DNA from: a virus
DNA: 64,000 bases
IMG/VR virus record: IMGVR_UViG_3300022916_000005
Strand: one strand, 5' to 3'
The translations under genes and the position numbers were made by a program. Shown piece by piece: positions 9,142 through 19,571 of the stretch. Below the pieces are notes generated by a model, which did not search any database, was not told the origin of the DNA, and saw only the letters and a program-made list of their open reading frames with translations. Numbering within the stretch: position 1 is the first letter of the stretch; each line of letters starts with the position of its first letter.

Positions 9142-11451
9142 ATGCAGAGGAAAATTACGTATTCCTTCAAAATAGGTGACATCATCTTTGACCAACTTAG
9201 TGGATGTCATCTTGTCGTGGTCAAAAAAGATGAATATGGAAATTTTATCCTACAGTCATTAACGACAAAATATAGATTACCGATGCCTCCTACAGATTGG
9301 TTTGATGAATTCATTCTTATTTTTGAGACAAAAGATGAAGAATAAAAAAGTCAGTCACTACAATCTACATGACATCATTTGGGATGATTATCTTGGTGGA
9401 TATTACTTCGTTGTCAAAATGATTAATAAAAATGCTATACTTGGAGAAAGAATTTCAAACAGATTAGATGAGGGTGATAATCAAATATCTGTCCTTCTTA
9501 GCGAATGGCTTGAGGAATTTACATTAATATCGAGGATCCCAAAATGAAATTTCCAAGATTACAAAAAGATGATATTATTCTATGGTATAACGTTAATAAA
9601 AGCTTTCACAAAACGTATCTTGTCAATACTATATGTGTGGTTTCTTCCGTTTGTGGTGAGGAACAGTATGAGACAAACAGAGGAGGGACTCTTTATCGCA
9701 GAGATCTGATCGATTATGTAAACTTAACAAACCAAAAAACAAATTGGCGCATTTTGTTTATCTTTTCAAAAGAGAAGGGGATCGTTTGGCAAAGCGATTG
9801 GAGAGTAACATGAATACTGATGAAGTAGCGACCCTTTTTTGTGAAGAAGGAGACATCCTTAGATATTCGTATTTAAATGGCGAGACCTATTATTGCTATA
9901 TAACTTCTGTCAAAGATGGCTATGCAAGAGGAATTCGTTGTGGTGGTAGAGTTGGTGGACCTTACATGTTTTATGAGAATTGTATTTCGATTGGTAAATG
10001 GAAATTGGTGGCAAGATTGTCTGATGGAGAATAAGATGTATCATTCCGTTATTCTAAAAAAGTACAAACACTTGAGACAAAAAGTAAGACAGAATATTCA
10101 CAAATATGTTCCAAAGAAGTATCATAAACATATTCAGTATTTGATCAATAAGAAGATTCTATAACAACAAAAGGAGGTAACAAGCATGAAGCGATTTATG
10201 ATTCCAAGAATTGCAAACTGTTGCAACGGTTCTATAATTTGGGCTGGCATCCCATCAACTGCCAAATTCTTCCATTGACCATCCGTTCAGAATGGGTTAT
10301 AATCTACCTATGAAAGACAAAAAAGTACACATTTAAAGATGTTGCTTAGTAAAACTGATTGGAGAATCTTGGTCAAATATGAAAACTGATTACAAAATGA
10401 AGTTCAAAGATGTGGCAATTGGTGATATCTTTTATACCAAGTTTTTTGGACCTTTTTTTATTGTAGAAGTTATCAAACAAGAGAGAGGATATTATAAAAA
10501 TAAATATGTCATTCGCACTCCAAAAGGGATTGATTACGCATATGCCAATGATGACGAAAGGGTAAATTGGTTTAAGATTAAGACATCAGACTACTATGCA
10601 AAAGTGAAATCTGACAAAGAACAGGATACGAAATAAAATGTCATCATTTATTCCAAAAAAACATTCAATTCTTAAGATCCAAGATTCTCTTTTTCACAAC
10701 CCATCCACGCATAGTCTTATCTTTGTTCTTGAACGTTATGAGGATGGATTATGCAAAAGACAAAATTGTGAAACTCCATGTAATCGAAACGTGTCTCCTT
10801 TAGAAAGTGATGACCCTATTACTATTGTCTATATAATGTCTGGGAAGGATAAGGGTACTACAAAATGTTGGTCATCTTATGCCTTCAATCATGTAGAGAA
10901 AGTTACAACTATTTTTGAGATAGATCAAGATGAAGTATAAAGACATCAAGGTAGGAGATATATTTCGTGTCATTAATAATGATAAGACTTTTTCTACGAC
11001 TCCTTTTCTAATTAATTTTGTCATGGAGACTTCGGCACCTTATTTCGAAATTGGATACATATTGGTTGGTTCTCATCTTGGCAGATTAAGTCTTAATAAA
11101 GAAGATGGTGTACGGTGGCACAGAGTTGCAACATCATATGACAGAGAGAGGAATAGGATGAGTCGTAGTGTAAAAAAGAATGCCGTTCATTCTTTTACAA
11201 CTAGAGGTTCGAGAGCAGGAGCACAAAAAAAGTGGAAAAAGGGAAATAACAAGAAAAGTAGGCGTGATGTAAATGAAATCACCAAACTTGTTTCTTTGTT
11301 GACGGAAGAGGGAATCGACGAAGTTGAAGATAAACTTGATCTGCCATTGACAAGAAAGAAAAAGACTGGAGACATTTGGGATTCTCCTTGTGATGGAAAG
11401 ACACGAGTATATCAAGATGAAGATTATTACGAAGAGGCACTAAGAAAGTGA
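9142..11451 (+). other. Cluster of short hypothetical genes, mostly SH3-like paralogs (9142, ~9335, 9544, ~9810, 10379, 10638, 10930)
   Basis: Tightly packed 60-170 aa ORFs with KIGDII/QKDDII/EGDIL/IGDIF/VGDIF motifs; promoter at 10275. Confidence 0.55.
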
Positions 11452-12248
11452 TCAAGCTATATCAAATTTGGGCAGATGGCACCGTTATTTACGATGACGA
11501 TCATGATACTCCAAAGCCTGACGGTTGTGCCATTGGTATCCCAGACAAGACAATCACTTGGTATCAAAATGGCAAACTTCACCGCACTGACGGCCCTGCC
11601 ATTGAATATGCCAATGGTGACAAATCTTGGTATCAAAATAGCAAACTTTACCGCATTGACGGCCCTGCCATTGAATATGCCAATGGTGACAAACATTGGT
11701 ATCAAAATGGCAAGCGTCACCGCATTGACGGCCCTGCCGTTGAACATGCCAATGGTGACAAATCTTGGTGTCAAAATGACAAGTGTCACCGCATTGACGG
11801 CCCTGCCGTTGAATTTGCCAATGGCGACAAATCTTGGTACATTGATGGCAAGTGTCACCGCATTGACGGCCCTGCCATTGAACATGCCAATGGTGCCAAA
11901 TATTGGTATCAAAATGACACACTTCACCGCATTGACGGCCCTGCCGCCATTTATGTCAATGGTACCAAACATTGGTTTCAAAATGGCAAATATCACCGCA
12001 TTGACGGCCCTGCCCGCGAATATGCCAATGGTGGCAAAGAATGGTATCAAAATAACAAGCGTCACCGCATTGACGGCCCTGCCATTGAATCTGCCAATGG
12101 TGCCAAATTTTGGTATCAAAATAACAAGCGTCACCGCATTGACGGCCCTGCCATTGAACATGTCAATGGTGACAAATCTTGGTACATTGATGGGAAGCGC
12201 TATTCCGAGCATGACTACAACATCAAAATAAGGAAACTAAATGATTAA
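11448..12248 (+). CDS. HRIDGPA repeat protein, class A, 9 units
   Basis: Longest array of the 69-nt unit. Confidence 0.88.
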   Translation: MIKLYQIWADGTVIYDDDHDTPKPDGCAIGIPDKTITWYQNGKLHRTDGPAIEYANGDKSWYQNSKLYRIDGPAIEYANGDKHWYQNGKRHRIDGPAVEHANGDKSWCQNDKCHRIDGPAVEFANGDKSWYIDGKCHRIDGPAIEHANGAKYWYQNDTLHRIDGPAAIYVNGTKHWFQNGKYHRIDGPAREYANGGKEWYQNNKRHRIDGPAIESANGAKFWYQNNKRHRIDGPAIEHVNGDKSWYIDGKRYSEHDYNIKIRKLND

Positions 12249-12648
12249 TAATGAAGTAAAATGTTCTTTTAACCCAATTCCAAAGAGGAAGAGAGGGAAA
12301 GATCAAGAAACAAAAAAAGCAGGAAGGTACTTTCGTTCCATAATCCGTGTAAAAGGACTACAAGACAGCAAGTGGGCAATTCTTGCAAATCTTGATATTC
12401 CAGAGTTTAATAGCCTTCTTGAAGAAGGGCACACAAAGGAAGATATTGTCAAAGCAGGACTAAAATATCTTAACGAAGAGCAAATTCCAAAAACGAAGGA
12501 TGGAACTCCAAAAAAGGGTGGCAAACTTCCTTATGGAAAAATCCAATTTTACAAGATGGTTCCAAATGATCAGGACAAAATTCAGTGTCTATTGACGACA
12601 AATAACAGAAGCAGTTCTCACTTTTGGGGAGAAGGGGTCAAATTGTAA
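12241..12648 (+). CDS. Hypothetical basic protein
   Basis: 135-aa ORF translationally coupled to its neighbours. Confidence 0.6.
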   Translation: MINNEVKCSFNPIPKRKRGKDQETKKAGRYFRSIIRVKGLQDSKWAILANLDIPEFNSLLEEGHTKEDIVKAGLKYLNEEQIPKTKDGTPKKGGKLPYGKIQFYKMVPNDQDKIQCLLTTNNRSSSHFWGEGVKL

Positions 12649-13124
12649 TGATTGAGTCTTACCAAATATGGGCAGATGGCACCGTCATTTATGATGACAA
12701 TAATGACATTCCAAAGCCTGACGGTTGTGCCATTAGTATCCCAAGCAAGACAATCATTTGGTATCAAAATGGCAAACATCACCGCATTGACGGCCCTGCC
12801 ATTGAACATGCCAATGGTACCAAATATTGGTTTCAAAATGGCAAACTTCACCGCATTGACGGCCCTGCCCGCGAATATGCCAATGGTGACGAACTTTGGT
12901 ATCAAAATGGCAAGCGTCACCGCATTGACGGCCCTGCCGTTGAATATGTCAATGGTGACAAACATTGGTATCAAAATGGCAAGCGTCACCGCATTGACGG
13001 CCCTGCCGTTGAACGTGCCAATGGTGGCAAATATTGGTACATCGAAGGGATCAAATATTCCGAGCATGACTACAATATTAAAATCATTAATTTAAGCAAG
13101 GGCAAAAATAATGACTCACTATGA
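12648..13124 (+). CDS. HRIDGPA repeat protein, class A, 4 units
   Basis: [11 protein letters not shown] cap; TAATG coupling to the upstream gene. Confidence 0.85.
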   Translation: MIESYQIWADGTVIYDDNNDIPKPDGCAISIPSKTIIWYQNGKHHRIDGPAIEHANGTKYWFQNGKLHRIDGPAREYANGDELWYQNGKRHRIDGPAVEYVNGDKHWYQNGKRHRIDGPAVERANGGKYWYIEGIKYSEHDYNIKIINLSKGKNNDSL

Positions 13125-13707
13125 CACTTTAGAGATTAATGAAAACTCTTCCAAAAAAGAGATCAAAAGTTCATACAAGAGACTTGCAAAGATCTATCAT
13201 CCCGACAAAGATACCGGAGATGAAGAGACATTCAAAGAGATCAATGTTGCCTACACTATCTTGTCTGATGAGGAAAAGAGAAAACAATATGACAACCAAC
13301 TGAATGTTGAGAAGTATCATGACTACCAAGAGCAAATGTTTCGAGAGAGAATTCAGAGAAACAATAAACCGAAAGAGTGGAAACCCTCAACAGAAAAAGA
13401 TGTCAAAATCAATTTAAGGACAGATGTTAAAGCTATTCAAGAAGGGTTTGAAGGAGAAGTTGAATACGTATTAAGAGTAATTTGTAAAGATTGTAATGGT
13501 GAAGGTGGAGAAGGAAAGAAAGACTGTGCTGATTGTAATGGAAGCGGAGTTGTCGTAAACTCTAATGGACCTTTCTTCCAAGCTTCAATGTGTCGCAAAT
13601 GTGATGGCAAAGGGAAAACGTTTGACAATCCGTGCGATACCTGTTATACTACAGGAGTAACAATGGAAAAACATACAATCAAATTTGATGTCAAAGAAAG
13701 GAAATAA
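13111..13707 (+). CDS. dnaJ: DnaJ-like co-chaperone (J domain plus Zn finger, truncated C-terminus)
   Basis: HYDTL...YHPDK J-domain; four CxxCxGxG-type repeats. Confidence 0.88.
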   Translation: MTHYDTLEINENSSKKEIKSSYKRLAKIYHPDKDTGDEETFKEINVAYTILSDEEKRKQYDNQLNVEKYHDYQEQMFRERIQRNNKPKEWKPSTEKDVKINLRTDVKAIQEGFEGEVEYVLRVICKDCNGEGGEGKKDCADCNGSGVVVNSNGPFFQASMCRKCDGKGKTFDNPCDTCYTTGVTMEKHTIKFDVKERK

Positions 13708-14157
13708 ATGATCAAGCCATATCAAATTTGGGTAGATGGCACCGTCATTTACGATGACAATAAAGACATTCCAAAGCCTGACGGATGTGCCATTAGTATC
13801 CCAGACAAGACAATTAAATGGTATCAAAATGACAAACTTCACCGCACTGACGGCCCTGCCATTGAATGTGCCAATGGTACCAAAATTTGGTATCAAAATG
13901 GCAAGTGTCACCGCATTGACGGCCCTGCCATTGAACATGCCAATGGTACCAAATATTGGTATCAAAATGGCAAGTGTCACCGCATTGACGGCCCTGCCAT
14001 TGAATATACCAATGGTGCCAAATTTTGGTATCAAAATAACAAGCGTCACCGCATTGACGGCCCTGCCATTGAATCTGCCAATGGTGACAAATCTTGGTAC
14101 ATTGATGGGAAGCGCTATTCCAAGCATGACTACAAAATTAAGATAAGTAACAAATGA
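13708..14157 (+). CDS. HRIDGPA repeat protein, class A, 4 units
   Basis: MIKPYQIWVDG cap plus repeats. Confidence 0.85.
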   Translation: MIKPYQIWVDGTVIYDDNKDIPKPDGCAISIPDKTIKWYQNDKLHRTDGPAIECANGTKIWYQNGKCHRIDGPAIEHANGTKYWYQNGKCHRIDGPAIEYTNGAKFWYQNNKRHRIDGPAIESANGDKSWYIDGKRYSKHDYKIKISNK

Positions 14158-14901
14158 ACATAGTTAATATTCGTCAACATTATCATTGTAGGGCAATTTT
14201 GTCAAAGGATTATACAATTGTTGATGCCTTTGGAGAAGGAAAAGGAGGGAAAGAAGAGGAACACTTTGACTTTTCAGATATTCAAAGAGAATACAATGAC
14301 TTCCTAAATATTGTAAATGCAGCAGTTCCTTATGGATATGATTCATTTGATCTTCCAACTTTTCAGTTATTTTGGGAAGATCTGATCGGCACTGTTGGGT
14401 TTCATGTTGATGATTTTTTATATATTCTTGCAAGAAAGATGGGTGGGGATCTTACAATTTTAGTTCAAGATAAAGAGAAAGGAAGGTTGGAAACAATTGA
14501 CAAATTCATTGAGCTAAATAAAGAGTTACGATATAATATTGATTCATTTGTCAATTATTTTGATATTTGTGAAAAGACAAAAACAGAAAACACAACACTA
14601 AGAATGGGTTGGGATGAGCTTTAATAAAGTAAAGGAAGGATGTTTATATCGCTTTGCAGGAACTAATCATACTTACTATTATTATGTTGTAAAACGAGAA
14701 GAAGCACGGTCTTTTCCCAATTCCAACATTCATGTTATTATCATTCATCCTAAAAAACATGGGTTGCTGAGTAGAGAATGCACCATTAAAGGATGTCCTT
14801 GTACGTCTACAATTGGAAAAGGTTCGCTATTTGAAATTGACAGTGTTTTAATGGCATGATATGATACAAGCAAGAAGAGAAAAAGAAGGAGAAAATAAAT
14901 A

Positions 14902-15594
14902 ATGGCATGTAGTATTTGTGGTCAGAAAGGTCATAACAAAACAAAATGCCCACACGTTTCAGAAGAACAAAGAAAGGAATTGTCAATTCGTAGGTGTGGA
15001 TATTGCAGAGAAGAAGGACATACAAGACTAAAGTGTAAGGCTTTAAAAGAAGATCTAAAAGGCTTACACGATTACGAAAGATTAGCAAGAAGTGCAATGA
15101 AAAGTTTGATGATCGAAAAAGGGGTTGGAGCGGGGACAATCGTGTCATTGACAAAGCAATGGCCAAATCAAGATCCCAACTTAAGGGATAACTATATCAT
15201 TTCCCATATCGAATGGAGCAAAATCTTATTTAAAGATGCTTCAAGAAGTTGGGGATCAGTAAACTCAATCATTTTGAAGAAATTTGAGGATAAATCTATA
15301 AGAAGAGTTGCACTTCGTTTGTTTTTTGGCACTTCAGATTTTTTAAGAATTATTGTGCCTTTGTCTGAAAGACAGGTAGAGATTCAAATTCCGAGTAATT
15401 GGGAAAGTATCGTTCAGATTGAAGACAGATATTTTGAAACATATTTTAATTACAAGAAGAGAGAAAGAAATACACTTTATAAGTGGTGGGAATCTGTGCA
15501 GTTTTCGTCAGAAATGCAAAGGAGAACTCATATTGTAGAGGGGCTTTTGTCTGTCGAAAATTATCCTTGCAAGTTCCTCAAGACTAATGTATAA
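14902..15594 (+). CDS. Protein with two N-terminal CCHC zinc knuckles
   Basis: CSICGQKGHNKTKC and CGYCREEGHTRLKC. Confidence 0.7.
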   Translation: MACSICGQKGHNKTKCPHVSEEQRKELSIRRCGYCREEGHTRLKCKALKEDLKGLHDYERLARSAMKSLMIEKGVGAGTIVSLTKQWPNQDPNLRDNYIISHIEWSKILFKDASRSWGSVNSIILKKFEDKSIRRVALRLFFGTSDFLRIIVPLSERQVEIQIPSNWESIVQIEDRYFETYFNYKKRERNTLYKWWESVQFSSEMQRRTHIVEGLLSVENYPCKFLKTNV

Positions 15595-15911
15595 TGTATC
15601 TAGAAGTCGAGGGGGTTTAAAATGGTAGCTGCAGCGTTGCTGTTACTTCTCATTGTTGTTGTTTATTAGGTGGTGGAATTTTTCCCTTGACCATCTGGCA
15701 AGGATGGGGTATAATGGGGTACACCAAATGAGGGAAGGGGTTGAAAATGATTGAGAATTTGATGTTGCGATGTTGGTTTGGATGCCCGGCAATTTTACGT
15801 TGTACGTATCTTCATCTCATGGTATCATGTATCTAGAAGTTGAGGGGATGGGTTGACAGGGTGTTGACTCGTTGTGGTTGATTGGTTCAAGAAAGAAAAG
15901 GAAGAATAAAA

Positions 15912-17132
15912 ATGGCTGGTATTAGTTTCAAGGCATTTCATGCAAGCGTTCGTGACGTGATTGAGTTCCCCGTACTTATCCGTGGTGCTCACGGAATCGG
16001 TAAGTCTGAGGTTGTCTATGCGTTTGCCCGAGATACAGCATATGACGAAGAGACGGGGCGACCTGTCGTTTTGGTTGACGGGATGACTCCGTACTCTGTG
16101 GTGGAGCGACGAGCGTCACAAATGACGGAAGGTGACTTGATTGGTATGCCAGATGCCAATCCTGATCTTTCTCCAATCCTCCAGTACAAGACTACTGCGT
16201 GGTGTGCTCCCGACTGGCTCGTCGAGGCTTGTGAGAAGCCTGTCCTACTCTTCCTTGACGAGGTTGACCGAGCGACGACAGAGGTACGGCAGGGCTTGTT
16301 CGAGCTTGCCGACTCTCGGAAGATCTATGGCAAAAAGTTGCACAAAGGAACGATGATCTTTGCAGCAGTCAATGGCGGGCAGAATGGCGACGCCTATCAG
16401 GTGAATGACATGGACCCTGCCGAGCTTGACCGTTGGACCGTGTTTGATGTCGATCCTACCGTTGAGGACTGGCTCAACTGGGCGAAGGATGATGGAAAGG
16501 GTAATCGTCGGATTAGTCCTGTCATCTACGACTTCATCGTTCACAACAACGGACACTTGGAGCACAATGGGGCTTATGATCCGAAGAATGTGTATCCTTC
16601 TCGCCGGTCTTGGGATCGGCTTGACAGGGCACTGAAGTTGAACGGGCTCATTGACGATGTTCTCGAAAACAAGGACGCTCATATCGTGCGTGTCGTCAAC
16701 ATCGCCACCGGCTTTGTTGGATTCGAGGCTGCGATGTCCTTCTCGGACCATATCCGAAAGTACAAGTCGGTTGTCAAGTTCGAGGATATTCTTGATAGGG
16801 GCAAGTTCGAGTTGACCAAGGATTTCCTCTTGAACGATCACTTGGCGATGATTGACAAGATGGATGCGGCCAAAGTCTTCGAGAGTAACATCCCCGAGGC
16901 TCGGATGAAGAACTTGTGCGAGTACTTTGTCAGCCTTCCTTCCGAGATCGGAATGAAGCTCACCGACTTGTTGATGGCCAAGGATACCTTGGATGTCAGC
17001 GGGAAGGATGGGGATGGAAACATTCGGAGGTTCATGAACACCGAGACGAGCAAGGGGCTTACCCACAAGATCTTCGTCGAAGTGCTCCTTGGAGAACAGT
17101 CCAAGAAGGAGAATGAAGATAAGAGCGAGTAG
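15912..17132 (+). CDS. MoxR-like AAA+ ATPase
   Basis: Walker A GAHGIGKS, Walker B LLFLDEVDR, MDPAELDRW, PSRRSW; GC-rich codon usage. Confidence 0.88.
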   Translation: MAGISFKAFHASVRDVIEFPVLIRGAHGIGKSEVVYAFARDTAYDEETGRPVVLVDGMTPYSVVERRASQMTEGDLIGMPDANPDLSPILQYKTTAWCAPDWLVEACEKPVLLFLDEVDRATTEVRQGLFELADSRKIYGKKLHKGTMIFAAVNGGQNGDAYQVNDMDPAELDRWTVFDVDPTVEDWLNWAKDDGKGNRRISPVIYDFIVHNNGHLEHNGAYDPKNVYPSRRSWDRLDRALKLNGLIDDVLENKDAHIVRVVNIATGFVGFEAAMSFSDHIRKYKSVVKFEDILDRGKFELTKDFLLNDHLAMIDKMDAAKVFESNIPEARMKNLCEYFVSLPSEIGMKLTDLLMAKDTLDVSGKDGDGNIRRFMNTETSKGLTHKIFVEVLLGEQSKKENEDKSE

Positions 17133-17142
17133 TAACTATTTC

Positions 17143-17193
17143 CCCGTACAGATGGAAAGGGCAACATTATAGTGCAACATTCATCTGTACGGG
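17143..17193 (+). other. 12-bp stem-loop whose loop carries two GCAACATT copies
   Basis: CCCGTACAGATG / CATCTGTACGGG perfect inverted repeat between the ATPase stop and tRNA-Asn. Confidence 0.6.
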
Positions 17194-17200
17194 CATTTTC

Positions 17201-17273
17201 TGATCCATATCCCAATTGGCAGGGAGCTTCACTGTTAATGAAGAGGTTGTTAGTTCGAGTCTAACTGGATCAG
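17201..17273 (+). tRNA. tRNA-Asn(GTT)
   Basis: TGATCCA/TGGATCA acceptor, CTTCA-CTGTTAA-TGAAG anticodon arm, TTCGAGT T-loop. Confidence 0.92.
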
Positions 17274-17275
17274 CC

Positions 17276-17977
17276 TTAAATTCTTTTTGGGATTTCTTTT
17301 AAAGAGATAAGTTCGTGATCGAATTCCCAATGACAATTACGACACAAGACTAATAAATTTGAAGGATCGTTTACTTCTTTTATAAGGGCCTCGTCAGGAT
17401 ATGAAGAAACTGGCTTGATGTGACACAATTCGATGTGTTTATCATACCCACAATTTTGACAAGGTTGTTTTGTAAGTGACTTGTTCCAAGATCGACAAAA
17501 GGCCCTGACATGAGCGTGAGCCCAAGAAGGATGTTTGTCTTTAACAGATGATGTTTCTCTATATTTTTTGATAGGAGTGTTCTTTGTTTTTTCTTTTGTG
17601 CTATTATGAGTACAATCGATGCAAATTCCGCTCTTATTTCTAGAAGGGTCTCTTGAGATTTCTTTGTTACATTGAGTACAATATCTCTTTGGTAAGTTTG
17701 GTCCTCTTTTTCTTGTTTGTCTAATTGTTCTTTGGTCTAGCTCTTCCTTTTGTTTGGACTTGCACGAAGAACATACGATTCTTTGGTCTTTGTAGTTTTT
17801 TCTATCAACAGGATTCCCGCAATGAGTGCATGTAATTGTTTTTAATTTGCACTTTGGATATTTTTTGTTATTATAGGAGGCAGCACAACTACGGTTACAA
17901 AAGTGATTGGGGGATTTTCTAATTTCAGTATCGCTTTTATCAAATTCGGTTCCACAATGAAGACAGGTTACTAACAT
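17276..17977 (-). CDS. HNH homing endonuclease with N-terminal Zn fingers
   Basis: CQNCG...ELCHIKP...NLLVLCRNCHWEFD; the only convincing minus-strand gene, lying between two tRNAs. Confidence 0.85.
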   Translation of the reverse strand: MLVTCLHCGTEFDKSDTEIRKSPNHFCNRSCAASYNNKKYPKCKLKTITCTHCGNPVDRKNYKDQRIVCSSCKSKQKEELDQRTIRQTRKRGPNLPKRYCTQCNKEISRDPSRNKSGICIDCTHNSTKEKTKNTPIKKYRETSSVKDKHPSWAHAHVRAFCRSWNKSLTKQPCQNCGYDKHIELCHIKPVSSYPDEALIKEVNDPSNLLVLCRNCHWEFDHELISLKEIPKRI

Positions 17978-18049
17978 ATTATATTTTCCTTTTGTTGTTA
18001 TATAGTAAATAGTTTGCAATAAAGGAAACGACCTAACATTTTTACTTAT

Positions 18050-18122
18050 GCCCTCGTTGTCTAATGGATAAGGCCCTGCGCTTCTATCGCAGTTTTTGAA
18101 GGTTCGAGTCCTTCCGAGGGTA
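18050..18122 (+). tRNA. tRNA-Arg(TCT)
   Basis: GCCCTCG/CGAGGGT acceptor, CTGCG-CTTCTAT-CGCAG anticodon arm, GAAGG-TTCGAGT-CCTTC. Confidence 0.9.
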
Positions 18123-18223
18123 CTCTAAGTCGTTGATATCATTACACATTTTCCCATTGACAATTGGTTCCACTCGTGGTAAGATGTGTATACCAAGTGA
18201 GGGACAACATCACCGAGGACAAA

Positions 18224-18785
18224 ATGAAAAGTATCTTATCATATCTATTAGGAGCAGCAACGACTTCTTCTGTGTTTCTGGCGGTAATGTTTGGAGTGCT
18301 TGGACAACTTACGACACTTTTATGGATATTAGCAGCAATGTTTGTAATACTTTCGTTCTCATTTCTGGTAAAGTATATCGACAAGAAGTATCAAGAAGAA
18401 GAAGGTAATTAAATGTTGAACAAGGTTGTGTGTGCATTTACACTAGTTTTCATCGCACTAATTGCTCTCAATTTTGGAATCGCCTTATTGTGGTATGCAT
18501 TCCCCGCAGTAAAGACGCTTCCATATAGTGTTGCGGTCTCTAGTATCTCGGCGGGATTTCTGGTATCACTTGCTGTAGATTCTCCTTTCAGGAGGTAATT
18601 AAATGTTGAACAAGGTTGTCTTCGTTATCGCACTTTTGGTAATTTGTCTTTGTGCGTTTATATTTGGGTTGATGATATTGGTTATGGTATTCCCAGTAAT
18701 TGAAACAATACCATATTCAAGTCTGGTGGTTGGATTTTTAATTGGAACAATGTTGTCAATGGTAGTTCCTTGGCATCGAGAATAG
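18224..18785 (+). other. Three small two-TM membrane proteins (18224-18412, 18413-18598, 18603-18785); the last two are paralogs
   Basis: Hydrophobic ORFs; both MLNKVV genes share AGGTAATTAAATGTTGAACAAGGTTGT; promoter at 18157. Confidence 0.6.
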
Positions 18786-19154
18786 AGATCATATTAAATG
18801 AAGTTACCCTTATTGTATGGGGTGGGCGAGGTATATATAAGGTGCCTTGCACGATAGATGGGTGGTTATCTATCACATTTTCATCATCGAGAACAAAAAA
18901 TGGAACAAAACATCAGAGTAGGAACAATCATCTATCACAAAACAAATAAACAATATGGTGTTGTTTATAAGATAGATAATTACAGTCGTACTGTGCGGAT
19001 TTTGTGGGGAAAATCCAAATTCTTGGTAGGGCATTCTATTAGGTGTCTTTACGAGTATCATAACTATTATCAAATCATCATCGAATAATTTTCCATTGAC
19101 CATCCAGGTAGGATGTGCTATTATAGGGTACACCAATTGAGGAGTATTTTCAAG

Positions 19155-19505
19155 ATGAAGTATGAAAAGGAAATCCATGAAGCTATGGATAATGAAAAGT
19201 TTGGATTTCTTAGCGGGCTTTCGTTAAAAGAACAAGAAGAAGTTGTCAATGATTTTATTGATCTAAAGATTTCGAGCCGAAAAGACTTGACAGACAAGCA
19301 GTTTGTCAATCTTGCAGAACTATATGTTCGTTTGACAAAAGATCTTTCAATCAAATTTATGGACAGCTTTTTGCAAACTCCTTCTCTTACTTTTAAAGAA
19401 ATTGTTCATAATGTTTCTCGACTCATGAGGGTTCAAACTACCCTCGGTATTTGCCATACAATTTATGTCGAGAGAACTTTCGATCCGAAATTCATCATCG
19501 AATAG
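19155..19505 (+). CDS. Stand-alone homolog of the C-terminal domain of the AAA+ ATPase at 15912
   Basis: NLAELYVRL vs NLCEYFVSL; NVSRLMRVQTTLGICHTIYVE vs NIRRFMNTETSKGLTHKIFVE. Confidence 0.65.
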   Translation: MKYEKEIHEAMDNEKFGFLSGLSLKEQEEVVNDFIDLKISSRKDLTDKQFVNLAELYVRLTKDLSIKFMDSFLQTPSLTFKEIVHNVSRLMRVQTTLGICHTIYVERTFDPKFIIE

Positions 19506-19571
19506 TTTCCCATTGACCATCCAGGTAGGATGTGCTATTATAGGGTACACCAATTGAGACAGAGGCAGAAC

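Noticed and set aside
11578-12160. CRISPR-like array (21-nt constant core every 69 nt)
   Set aside because: The apparent spacers are homologous to each other and in-frame coding, and there are no cas genes or leader.
11457-12231. Long +1-frame ([13 protein letters not shown]) and antisense (NGRAVNAV) ORFs over every HRIDGPA gene
   Set aside because: By-product of the repeat's codon usage. Third positions are mostly C/T, so stops rarely form in those frames; these ORFs lack an RBS or promoter.
16245-17066. 273-aa minus-strand ORF inside the AAA+ ATPase
   Set aside because: Antisense shadow of a GC-rich gene with no recognisable motifs.
19113-19154. N-terminal extensions such as MCYYRVHQLR, MTATPSCG, MTVILWYH
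   Set aside because: They are translations of promoter repeats; downstream ATGs with an RBS were used instead.
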